Source: a bacterium (lineage in GTDB: Bacteria; Patescibacteriota; Minisyncoccia; Phycocordibacterales; CAIZLB01). From it: 52,077 bases of DNA. Location of the stretch: the NCBI GenBank assembly GCA_043745355.1, contig JAYTSY010000027.1:1-52077 (forward strand), given 5' to 3'. Below are positions 7,855-16,279 of the stretch, in pieces. A model generated the notes under the pieces. It made no database searches and was not told the DNA's origin. It saw only the letters and a list, made by a program, of their open reading frames with translations. Positions within the stretch are counted from its first letter, which is position 1. Each line of letters starts with the position of its first letter. The translations under genes were made by a program, and so were the position numbers.

Positions 7855-7926
7855 TGCCCTCAGTAGGAATCGAACCTACATTTTAACTTCCGCAAAGTTA
7901 TGTCCTATCCATTGAACGATGAGGGC
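7855..7926 (-). tRNA. tRNA-Arg(GCG), CCA not encoded
   Basis: Cloverleaf GCCCTCA/TGAGGGC, anticodon arm TAACT-TTGCGGA-AGTTA, T arm GTAGG-TTCGATT-CCTAC; 72 nt. Confidence 0.95.
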
Positions 7927-7995
7927 GTCTCGCCAAATTATCACAAAAATGCCTAAATTACTAGACGCTTCCCGCTCTTGGTTTATACTATATAC

Positions 7996-8217
7996 ATGGC
8001 ATTGAACAATATCTCACTCATCGGCACAGGCATCTTCGGTGTAGCAATGCTCGCCTACTGGATAGGTGCGTTTTTTATTCTGTATCATCTCATCAGGTTT
8101 GGTGTCGGATCAAGTCCGAAAAAGATGGCGGTATTTTTTCTCAGCGGTTCATTATTCCTTTCATTGATTGCGGTGCTTTTATTCGGGCAAATTGATTTCA
8201 CCGTAATCCATTTTTAA
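7996..8217 (+). CDS. Small 2-TM membrane protein
   Basis: Two hydrophobic helices; TATACT 6 nt before ATG 7996. Confidence 0.7.
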   Translation: MALNNISLIGTGIFGVAMLAYWIGAFFILYHLIRFGVGSSPKKMAVFFLSGSLFLSLIAVLLFGQIDFTVIHF

Positions 8218-8227
8218 ATTCCATCGC

Positions 8228-8845
8228 ATGCCTAAACATTTTACATTTTTTAATACAACAAAATACACTTTCGAAGGCCGAAAAGAGGGTGAGGAAATTA
8301 TTCTGTTTCTTCATAAACACTGGTATACATTAGGAAATAAAATAATAGGACTACTCCTTGCTGCGCTCATTCCATTTGTTGTAGTTATCCTCGCTGGACA
8401 ATATCTCATTCAATTTCAAGCAATGGCAGTGTTCGCGTTTTTGTGGGCACTCTATTACTTGGCTCTCTGGTTCATTTTTTTCTATATTCTGACAATCTAC
8501 AATTTGAATAGTTGGATCGTCACTAATTTACGCATCATAGACAGACAGCAACACGGACTCTTCAATCAGGAGGTTTCAGAGCTCAGTCTTATCAATATCC
8601 AAGACGTCTCATTCAGTATGGATGGTGCAATCGCCACTATGATGAACTATGGCCGTATTGATGTACAAACTGCTGGTAAGGAAAATAAATTCTGTTTTAG
8701 CCAAATTCCAGACCCTCAGAATGTAAAAGATGAAATAATGAAAATTGCCGCTGTCGCAAAGGGACATAACGGCATTTTCACTGGTATGGATGCGGCGGAA
8801 GCTCCACAGAACGAGAAGGTAGAAATTACGCCAACGATTTCTTAA
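8228..8845 (+). CDS. Membrane protein with a bacterial PH domain (bPH_2/DUF304-like)
   Basis: Two TM, then WIVTNLRIIDRQQHGLF...IQDVS...NYGRIDVQTAG. Confidence 0.8.
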   Translation: MPKHFTFFNTTKYTFEGRKEGEEIILFLHKHWYTLGNKIIGLLLAALIPFVVVILAGQYLIQFQAMAVFAFLWALYYLALWFIFFYILTIYNLNSWIVTNLRIIDRQQHGLFNQEVSELSLINIQDVSFSMDGAIATMMNYGRIDVQTAGKENKFCFSQIPDPQNVKDEIMKIAAVAKGHNGIFTGMDAAEAPQNEKVEITPTIS

Positions 8846-9092
8846 TCATTGCGCTGAGTCGTGACTTCTTTCGGTTAGCTGCGCCCTTCTTGATGAGACC
8901 GCCCTTTGCTGCTTTGTCGATCGCTTTGTAAGCGAGAGAAAGTGTCTTCATTGCGAGAGCCTTTTCTTTCTTTCCAACAACTTTCTTGACCTCCTTAACG
9001 GCCTCGTCAAGCTTCTTCTTCCGTCTGAGGTTGAAAACGTGTTTTTTCGCTGAACCGCGAATCGCCTTTTTTGCTGATTTTGTTATTGCCAT
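8826..9092 (-). CDS. rpsT: 30S ribosomal protein S20
   Basis: MAITKSAKKAIR...AYKAIDKAAK...KKGAANRKKSRL. Confidence 0.97.
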   Translation of the reverse strand: MAITKSAKKAIRGSAKKHVFNLRRKKKLDEAVKEVKKVVGKKEKALAMKTLSLAYKAIDKAAKGGLIKKGAANRKKSRLSAMIKKSLA

Positions 9093-9134
9093 AAGTGACC
9101 GTCATCGTAACAGAATATCTGGTAGAATACAAGC

Positions 9135-9716
9135 ATGATCGCCTATCTAGCCGGAACTGTCATATATAAGGATGCCAAATACGCGGTGGTTGATGTTTCT
9201 GGTGTAGGATATAAGGTGTCGACTCCAGTAGACGTCTTGAATGGCCTAAAGGTTAACAGCGAGACCAAAATGTGGATATACACAGTGGTACGTGAGGATG
9301 CTTTAGACCTTTATGGATTCGTCGACCGAGAAATGTTAGGTTTTTTTGAACTTTTAATCAGTATTTCAGGAATTGGTCCGAAGTCTGCGCTCGGTATATT
9401 GAGCGCCGCCCCACTCGCCTCGCTGCGTGAAGCTGTCGTCTCAGGAGAAACAGCATACCTCACAAAGATCAGTGGTATTGGTAAAAAAATCGCAGACAAG
9501 ATAGTGCTCGAACTCAAAGGTAAGGTGGTATTCGGTGAGGGAGAAGAAACATCTCATTTGAGGAAGGGCGATGTCGATGCGGTTGAAGCTCTCAAAGCCC
9601 TCGGGTATACACAGAAGGAAGCGAGAGATGCGCTTGAAAGGATTAGCGAGGAAAAAATAGATTCTAATGACACGAGTGGAAAAGTACGAGCTGCACTAAA
9701 AGTATTAGGATCATAA
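9135..9716 (+). CDS. ruvA: Holliday junction branch migration protein RuvA
   Basis: VSGVGY, VREDALDLYGF, HhH motifs ISGIGPKSAL and ISGIGKK, ALKALGY. Confidence 0.97.
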   Translation: MIAYLAGTVIYKDAKYAVVDVSGVGYKVSTPVDVLNGLKVNSETKMWIYTVVREDALDLYGFVDREMLGFFELLISISGIGPKSALGILSAAPLASLREAVVSGETAYLTKISGIGKKIADKIVLELKGKVVFGEGEETSHLRKGDVDAVEALKALGYTQKEARDALERISEEKIDSNDTSGKVRAALKVLGS

Positions 9717-9730
9717 ACCCACAGAAAAAA

Positions 9731-10183
9731 CTATTTTGACTCGCTCACTCTGCCTAAAAAATAAAGACCCATAATTAAAATTATATATAGAATTATAAAA
9801 ACTCCAGCAGAAGACACAAAACAATCCTGACCGAATAGAACTTTTTCATATTCAGTGAATCCTCCAATTTTACAGACGCCACTTGATGCTATTGCCCAGA
9901 TTATTCCAGCCACAGGAAAAGAGACAAAAGCAAGCGAAACTCTTGAATCTATTTTGTGCCTTATAGCCTCGCCCTCACTCATTTGTTTATTACTTTTTGT
10001 TGCCAGTGCTACAACAAAAATATTCATTATTAACCAGATTGGTGCAGTAAATATCAAAAGAAGTCCTGACCAGGCCGCCTCCGAACTATGAGAAAATAGC
10101 ATTGGGTAAAGGATGGGCATTGCACATGCAATCGTTACAACAAGATATATTATGGTGAGTAAGATTTTTTGGTTTTTAGTCAT
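9731..10183 (-). CDS. Hypothetical membrane protein (4 TM)
   Basis: Four hydrophobic segments and a Cys pair in a loop. Confidence 0.65.
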   Translation of the reverse strand: MTKNQKILLTIIYLVVTIACAMPILYPMLFSHSSEAAWSGLLLIFTAPIWLIMNIFVVALATKSNKQMSEGEAIRHKIDSRVSLAFVSFPVAGIIWAIASSGVCKIGGFTEYEKVLFGQDCFVSSAGVFIILYIILIMGLYFLGRVSESK

Positions 10184-10268
10184 TGTTTTTTGATTAGTTA
10201 GAATGTCTTAATAATACAACAAAATGGTTTTCTGTGTCCCTCGTAGCTCTTTGTGTTAGACTCCCCTT

Positions 10269-11207
10269 ATGCCTGAACTCCCTGAAGTCCAAACAACCGT
10301 CAATGGCTTGAATCGTGTTGCCACAGGTAAAACTATTGTTGACGTATGGACCGACTATAACAGTCCTTTTCACGCACAAAATGACAACATAAAGAATCCC
10401 CTCTTTTTTAAAAAATTCAAGAGATTGATCTTGGATCAAAAAATAGTAAAAGCTTCGCGAAGGGCAAAGAATATTTTTATACACCTATCAAACGGAGAGA
10501 CGATACTCCTCCATATGAAAATGACGGGGCATGTCATGTATGGCAAATATGAATTCGACAAAAAGAAAACTCGTGATCCATGGACGCCTATTCAATCAAA
10601 AGAAAATAAGAATTATGCCGCGCTCGCTGATCCATTCAACAAATGGATTCATTTTGTCATTACCCTCTCTGACAATCACCAACTCGTACTTTCTGACATG
10701 CGTAAGTTCGCAAAAGTTGCACTCGTGAGTGGAACAGAATTTGAAAACACGGGACCTGAACCCCTAGATGATACCTTCACATTAGAGGTGTTTAAAGAAA
10801 GAATAAATAAAAGGCCAAACGAGAAAATAAAGACTGTGTTAATGGACCAATCAATCATTGCGGGTATTGGAAACATTTATTCAGATGAGATTTTATGGAG
10901 ATCTAATATCCATCCAGAGGAAAGAGTCTCAAACCTATCTTCGAAAAATTTGAAACTAATGTTTGATGCAATAAAATCAACCCTTAAAAAAGGAATTGAT
11001 TTTGGCGGTGATTCAATGTCTGACTACAGAAATATTGATGGTGAGAGAGGAAAGTTCCAAGATCAGCATGAGGCTTACAGACGGACTCATAAGGTGTGTA
11101 ACAGAAAAGGATGCGATGGCATCATCACTCGCAAGATTGTTGGAGGCCGAAGTGCACACTTTTGTAATGTGCATCAGAAAATTCTAAACACCAAGGATTC
11201 GAAATAG
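10269..11207 (+). CDS. mutM: Formamidopyrimidine-DNA glycosylase
   Basis: N-terminal PELPEV, HMKMTG, DMRKFA, H2TH LMDQ..IAGIGNIYSDE and a C-terminal zinc finger. Confidence 0.97.
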   Translation: MPELPEVQTTVNGLNRVATGKTIVDVWTDYNSPFHAQNDNIKNPLFFKKFKRLILDQKIVKASRRAKNIFIHLSNGETILLHMKMTGHVMYGKYEFDKKKTRDPWTPIQSKENKNYAALADPFNKWIHFVITLSDNHQLVLSDMRKFAKVALVSGTEFENTGPEPLDDTFTLEVFKERINKRPNEKIKTVLMDQSIIAGIGNIYSDEILWRSNIHPEERVSNLSSKNLKLMFDAIKSTLKKGIDFGGDSMSDYRNIDGERGKFQDQHEAYRRTHKVCNRKGCDGIITRKIVGGRSAHFCNVHQKILNTKDSK

Positions 11208-11672
11208 CACGATCCCCGCACTCACCCCCACATTGAGCGACTCCTTCTTCCCTTTCATTGGAATCTCAATCACATCATCACATTTTGAAAGTAATCCCTT
11301 AGGCAAACCTGTGACCTCATTCCCGAACACAAATGCAATTTTATTCTTAATTTTATATTTTTTATAATCAATAGATCGTGGTGATTGTTCAACAGCAACC
11401 AGAGTAAACCCTTCTGTTTTTAATTTGTTTAGCGCAACAATATTAGATTTCTCATACACCCAAGGAATGGTCAATTCAGCCCCTAGTGCAGTCTTTGCAA
11501 TCTCCTTTTGCACCTTCCCATACTTGTCTATAGGCCTCGGCGTATATCCCGAGAGCACGATACGAGTGATTCCCGCCGCATCCGAGGTACGGAAAATAGA
11601 GCCCACATTATGGGCGCTACGTATATCGGGCAAAACCACCACAACTTCAGTTTTTAATGATTTTTTGCTCAT
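11184..11672 (-). CDS. TrmH/SpoU family RNA methyltransferase
   Basis: IRSAHNVGSIFRT, FGNEVTGL and IPM..ESLNV SPOUT motifs. Confidence 0.92.
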   Translation of the reverse strand: MSKKSLKTEVVVVLPDIRSAHNVGSIFRTSDAAGITRIVLSGYTPRPIDKYGKVQKEIAKTALGAELTIPWVYEKSNIVALNKLKTEGFTLVAVEQSPRSIDYKKYKIKNKIAFVFGNEVTGLPKGLLSKCDDVIEIPMKGKKESLNVGVSAGIVLFRILGV

Positions 11673-11699
11673 TTTTCAATGTATGCTAGCATTACTTCC

Positions 11700-12104
11700 A
11701 TGCTTAATCCATTCCCAGAGTTACTCGATTTTCGAATCATCGCCCCTGCCCTTATCCGTATCGCGGTTGCCGTTTTCTTCATAAGTTTCGGTTGGAACAA
11801 ACTTACCAAGGAACGTGAACATCGTCAGACATTTTTTGAGTCTATCGGCCTACGTCCAGCTGGAGTATATGTAACACTCCTCGGCATTCTCCAGATTATC
11901 ATTGGTGCATCTCTCTTCGTCGGGGCCCTCACCCAAATATCAGCGATCGTTGCAGCAACTATTGCTTTTGTATCGTACATCATCAAAAAACGACACCCTG
12001 AAATGCTTTTTAGTCCTGCCGCCATCTATGCACTTCTTTTTATCATGGCGCTTTCACTTGTGTTTAGTGGTGCAGGATTTCCAGCATTCGACTTACCTCT
12101 ATAG
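11700..12104 (+). CDS. DoxX family membrane protein
   Basis: ALIRIAVAVFFISFGWNKL, 4 TM, GAGFPAFDLPL; TGcTAGCAT 7 nt before ATG 11700. Confidence 0.85.
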   Translation: MLNPFPELLDFRIIAPALIRIAVAVFFISFGWNKLTKEREHRQTFFESIGLRPAGVYVTLLGILQIIIGASLFVGALTQISAIVAATIAFVSYIIKKRHPEMLFSPAAIYALLFIMALSLVFSGAGFPAFDLPL

Positions 12105-12161
12105 ACTTTTTGGTTTTTTTTGATATATTTTGCATTACTGTCCTCAACATTTGAGGCACAC

Positions 12162-12237
12162 GCGCCCGTAGCTCAGTCGGTAGAGCGGCTCCCTTTTAAG
12201 GAGATGGTCGTAGGTTCGATTCCTACCGGGCGCACCA
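12162..12237 (+). tRNA. tRNA-Lys(TTT), CCA encoded
   Basis: GCGCCCG/CGGGCGC acceptor, anticodon loop CTTTTAA, T arm GTAGG-TTCGATT-CCTAC, ACCA end; 76 nt. Confidence 0.97.
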
Positions 12238-12335
12238 GACTTTTTTACCATACTTAGTATAGCTATGTTTGTAGGCTTATTGTTGAAATATTTGACTGGA
12301 TAGTAATAGAACTAATCTACATGCTGTTTAGAAGA

Positions 12336-12359
12336 TTCTAACCTCATCTAACCATCTCC
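12336..12359. repeat. 24-bp direct repeat, copy 1
   Basis: TTCTAACCTCATCTAACCATCTCC; 23/24 identical to 13559-13582. Confidence 0.85.
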
Positions 12360-12426
12360 ACACTCAAAATAACCTTATTTTCTATAGGTTATCTTAGACA
12401 GACTTGATTAAAGTTAGAACCTAAAT

Positions 12427-13485
12427 TTATTTTTGGTCTCCTGTCTTTCTATAAATGTTTATTGGGCTTTCAAAACAAGAGATTTGGGCTATACGCTCAA
12501 ATCCATCTTCTTCGCTAAAACTAAAACTTGAAGCATAAACAACTATAAGTCCACCTTCACCTAAGGCTCGCTTTAATTCGGTACAAATTTCTTTATAGTA
12601 TCTTTTTCCTGCGTCAACAACATCGCCATCCTCAACAACATTAGAGGTCCCTATCATATACTGATCTATCCCACTAATAAGCATCGTCACATTATCAGTG
12701 CCTTTTGGTACAAACTCTAAAAAAGTTTTCATATCATCATATACAATATGAACTTTTTCAACACTCTTAAGTGTGTCGAAATAATCTGAAACATTCCCCA
12801 ACAACTTCTGTGCATTGGAATTTTCAACTCCAACATAGTTTTTAGCACCAAACTTATCTACCATTCTTAGCCCTTCTCCCCAACTCCCTGCACCTAAATC
12901 AATAACGGTTCTACCCTTAAAAGCCGAGATAACTTCTGCGCTTGTTTTACAGTAATCATAAACATCTTCTACTTTACTAGTATCTCTGCCTGAGAATTTT
13001 GGTGCTACTGCATAAAGATTTTTATCGAGCCTTTGCATCACTACAGTTGGAGCTTTTTCAATTATCGACGAAAGATCAAATCCTTTATCTCTCAGCTTGG
13101 CAACCCCTTCTTGTGTTTGGTCATATTGTAAATAGAGAGAATCTAAAAATTTATCACAATCCTCAGGTTGGTTTAATTTAAGCCTAAGGTATTCCAATAA
13201 TTGATTATTCAGTACTTCATCATTGGTCCATGATGTAAGCCCTAGATAATACTTGATGTAGTAAAGCAAGGTACTTTTAGTAGTTGTCTGATATTCTGCA
13301 CCAAAACTAATTATTTTAGTATAACTTTCTGGCCCATCTGCTCTAAGAGAATCATAAACACTACTAAGTAGCTCTCTATCATTAATAAGATGTTCTATCA
13401 AAATCGGTTTTTTTGGAATTTCTTCAGCTTTTGTGGTCGGATCAGTAATATGATCCTGGGATTCAATAGCAGGCAATTCTTTCAT
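12427..13485 (-). CDS. Hypothetical protein with a C-terminal class I SAM-dependent methyltransferase-like domain
   Basis: TVIDLGAGSWG (motif I), YVGVE (motif II) and HIVYDDM; N-terminal helical region unrecognised. Confidence 0.6.
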   Translation of the reverse strand: MKELPAIESQDHITDPTTKAEEIPKKPILIEHLINDRELLSSVYDSLRADGPESYTKIISFGAEYQTTTKSTLLYYIKYYLGLTSWTNDEVLNNQLLEYLRLKLNQPEDCDKFLDSLYLQYDQTQEGVAKLRDKGFDLSSIIEKAPTVVMQRLDKNLYAVAPKFSGRDTSKVEDVYDYCKTSAEVISAFKGRTVIDLGAGSWGEGLRMVDKFGAKNYVGVENSNAQKLLGNVSDYFDTLKSVEKVHIVYDDMKTFLEFVPKGTDNVTMLISGIDQYMIGTSNVVEDGDVVDAGKRYYKEICTELKRALGEGGLIVVYASSFSFSEEDGFERIAQISCFESPINIYRKTGDQK

Positions 13486-13558
13486 GTACTAAATTATACT
13501 AAAAATTACCTTAATTAACATCATTAACATTCCCTCATAAAAGTAACCCCAAACTCGG

Positions 13559-13582
13559 TTCTAACCTCATCTATCCATCTCC
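13559..13582. repeat. 24-bp direct repeat, copy 2
   Basis: TTCTAACCTCATCTATCCATCTCC. Confidence 0.85.
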
Positions 13583-13852
13583 TGTTGATATTCTTACTGA
13601 TTCACAACCTCCTCCCTCTGCAATGCTCTGATAAACAATAATTTATTATACAAACCATCCATGTACTCACTGTTCGACAGGATGGTTATAATATCGTTAC
13701 GTCTGCCGCACAAAACTTTCTAAATTGGTATCACGAATTGACTTTATTTTTTACTAAAGTACTCTTCGATGAGACACTTTGTTCGACCCTGCTTTCGCTG
13801 GTTCGGGTGATCTAAACCTATACAGCCACCGTCAGGTGGTAAGGAGTACGAA

Positions 13853-14386
13853 ATGCCACAGCAAAAAGTAAACAGTGAGTTCCTAAAAACAACCCCTACG
13901 GTATGGACTTTCAAGGAAAGTTACCGAAGTGAAAAAAACTCTGCACCGATCCTCAAGTGGGCGTGGGCCAACTTTGGGGACTTGCGTCAGTGTATGGATA
14001 ACGTGAGGAAAATGACTGGAAGATTCCCTCTTTCAGAATCACCAAACAATCCAGAGTTGCTTGTTTCGTTCGGGCACCTTATGTACGAAGCAGTGCGACA
14101 GAATGACGTTAAACTTTACACATTCCTCGAGAAGGATGCTGGACGTTGTCACATCGACGTCGAGTACCACCATGACAATGTCGACGACTTATTCGTTCCA
14201 ATGGGTTGGGCGAAGACAGTCCTTGAACTTGTAGGCAAGCATGGAGTACAGCGAGTCTTCCACGATAAAAAAGATGGCCCTCGTCTATACGCCCACTTCG
14301 AAGGAACAGAAATGAAACGAGAGATGGTGAATCCGTGCCGAAATCGAATGGGGTGGAAACTCGATAGCTTCACAAGCAGACTGTAA
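13853..14386 (+). CDS. Hypothetical soluble protein
   Basis: 177-aa ORF with SD AAGGAG (13841-13846), a candidate promoter TTGACT-16-TACTCT (13738-13765) and its own terminator. Confidence 0.75.
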   Translation: MPQQKVNSEFLKTTPTVWTFKESYRSEKNSAPILKWAWANFGDLRQCMDNVRKMTGRFPLSESPNNPELLVSFGHLMYEAVRQNDVKLYTFLEKDAGRCHIDVEYHHDNVDDLFVPMGWAKTVLELVGKHGVQRVFHDKKDGPRLYAHFEGTEMKREMVNPCRNRMGWKLDSFTSRL

Positions 14387-14395
14387 TCTACCAAG

Positions 14396-14440
14396 ACCCG
14401 CCACAGTCAGGAATTCCTGCTCACGGCGGGTTTTCCTTTT
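14396..14440 (+). terminator. Intrinsic terminator
   Basis: ACCCGCC...GGCGGGT stem enclosing the palindrome CAGGAATTCCTG, followed by TTTCCTTTT. Confidence 0.7.
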
Positions 14441-14486
14441 GTGCAAAATAGGCTCGAATATCGTTCAACAAATGCACCAAAACATC

Positions 14487-15737
14487 TCACATTCCCCCAA
14501 TATCCCTCCGATACTGCATTCCCTGAAATGTTACAGCCTCAATTGCCTCGTATGATTTATTCAAAGCCTCGTTCAGATCATCTCCTGTTGCAGTTACCCC
14601 TATCACCCGTCCGCCATTTGTCACCATCTGACCCTCTTCGATTTTTGTCCCTGCATGAAATACCACAACATCTTTGTCTTTGATATTCTCTAACCCACAT
14701 ATCACTTTTCCCGTTTCATAAGTCCCAGGATAGCCAGCTGACGCGCATACAATGCAACATGCTGATCTGGATGACCACTTGATTTCTTGCTGTTCTAAAT
14801 TTCCATTCACACAAGCCAAAAGTATATCTACTAAATCTGTTTCAAGAATTCTCATGTATGACTGTGTTTCTGGATCTCCAAAACGTGCATTGAATTCAAT
14901 TACTTTAGGACCATCTTTTGTAAGCATAATTCCTGGGAAAAGGATTCCTTTGAAAGGAGTGCCTCGCTTTTCTAACGCTTTGATAGTTGGAATGACAACC
15001 ATCTCTTCTATGTCTTTCATCTCATCATCTGTTACCCATGGTAATGGTGCGATAGTACCCATTCCACCTGTATTTGGGCCCGTATTTCCCTCAAATATCC
15101 TCTTGTGATCCTGCGCTGCGGGGAACAATTTGATTTGTTTACCATCAGAAAATGCATGTATGGATATCTCTCTTCCCACAAGACACTCCTCAATGACGAT
15201 CTGACTGCCTGCGTTTCCGAATACCTTCTCTGTCATTATCTCTTGAAGCGCACTGCGTGCTTCATCCTCCGTGTGAGCAATGACTACACCTTTGCCGAAC
15301 GCCAACCCACTGGCCTTTATGACAACTGGAAACTTCTGCGTACCGATATATTCCTTTGCTTTTTCAATATCCTCAAACACTTCATAGGTAGCAGTTGGAA
15401 TTCCTTCTTCTTTCATAAATTTCTTAGCAAAGACCTTGGACCATTCGATTTGTGCAGCCATTTTTGTGGGGCCAAATACTGGGACTTTCAATTGTTCTAA
15501 TTCATCCGCCAGTCCTTCTGCAAGAAAGTCATCAGGACCTACGATCACTAGATTGATAGGATTATTTTTGATCCAGAGGAGCATCTCTTCGAGAGTTGTA
15601 GCTTCTACATTCGTCCCGAGTTCTGCTGTTCCTGCATTTCCAGGAGCAATAAATATATTCTTAACCTTTGGAGATTGCTTTATTTTCCAGGTGAGGGCGT
15701 GTTCTCTTCCCCCACTTCCAATGATTAAAACGTTCAT
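14487..15737 (-). CDS. purD: Phosphoribosylamine-glycine ligase
   Basis: GSGGREHAL, APGNAG, KASGLAFGKGV, QDHKR, NTGGMG, EFNARFGDPETQ, YRRDIG. Confidence 0.97.
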   Translation of the reverse strand: MNVLIIGSGGREHALTWKIKQSPKVKNIFIAPGNAGTAELGTNVEATTLEEMLLWIKNNPINLVIVGPDDFLAEGLADELEQLKVPVFGPTKMAAQIEWSKVFAKKFMKEEGIPTATYEVFEDIEKAKEYIGTQKFPVVIKASGLAFGKGVVIAHTEDEARSALQEIMTEKVFGNAGSQIVIEECLVGREISIHAFSDGKQIKLFPAAQDHKRIFEGNTGPNTGGMGTIAPLPWVTDDEMKDIEEMVVIPTIKALEKRGTPFKGILFPGIMLTKDGPKVIEFNARFGDPETQSYMRILETDLVDILLACVNGNLEQQEIKWSSRSACCIVCASAGYPGTYETGKVICGLENIKDKDVVVFHAGTKIEEGQMVTNGGRVIGVTATGDDLNEALNKSYEAIEAVTFQGMQYRRDIGGM

Positions 15738-15803
15738 GAGTGAATTGTATCAAATTTACCTAATCTTTATCTTTCTTTCATCACGCCTGCTTATTATAAT
15801 AAT

Positions 15804-16190
15804 GTGCAAAAAGACTTTGATGTTTGGAATGAAATAAAGAAAAATCTCAACGGAAAAATGCGTGTGCCCTTTTGCTATTCGAGAGAAATTTGGTGGTGCT
15901 CTTTAGGTGTAAATGTGGGGTCAGAAGAAGATGGTAAAAACAACATGTTTGAGAGACCGGTTTTGATTATAAAAGTTATTAATAAAGATATGATTCGAAT
16001 TGTCCCTTTGACGAGCAAAATAAAGGCGGACCCTCAGCATGTTCCAATAAAGTATGAGGGACGAATTGGCACACTAAGACTATCCCATCTCAAAACCATC
16101 AGCACCAAAAGACTCTCAAGAAAGCTCTGTACCCTTGATGAAATCCAATTCTCAAAAGTAATCACTGCAATTATAAATGACCTCATATAA
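15804..16190 (+). CDS. PemK/MazF family endoribonuclease toxin, no adjacent antitoxin ORF
   Basis: REIWWCSLGVNVGSEEDGK...FERPVLIIK...VPLTS...ISTKRLSRK. Confidence 0.88.
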   Translation: MQKDFDVWNEIKKNLNGKMRVPFCYSREIWWCSLGVNVGSEEDGKNNMFERPVLIIKVINKDMIRIVPLTSKIKADPQHVPIKYEGRIGTLRLSHLKTISTKRLSRKLCTLDEIQFSKVITAIINDLI

Positions 16191-16242
16191 AATCGAAACC
16201 GCCTCTTTTGGAGGCGGAATCTCGGAGCCCTAAGGCGAAAGT
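16187..16242 (-). ncRNA. Candidate small structured RNA convergent with the MazF gene
   Basis: Hairpins GCC-TTAG-GGC and CGA..CCGCCTC-CAAAA-GAGGCGG..TCG with a T-rich tail, directly downstream of a minus-strand promoter; could instead be only the holA terminator. Confidence 0.4.
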
Positions 16243-16248
16243 ACTATT

Positions 16249-16276
16249 ATATTAGCAAATCCACGAATGCAGTCAA
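16249..16276 (-). promoter_or_regulatory. Candidate sigma70 promoter antisense to the MazF gene
   Basis: Minus strand TTGACT (16276-16271), 16 bp, extended -10 TGc-TAATAT (16254-16249). Confidence 0.55.
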
Positions 16277-16279
16277 GTT

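Noticed and set aside
12215-14440. att duplication of the tRNA-Lys 3' end defining an island
   Set aside because: No second copy of the tRNA-Lys 3' end was seen by eye in the window
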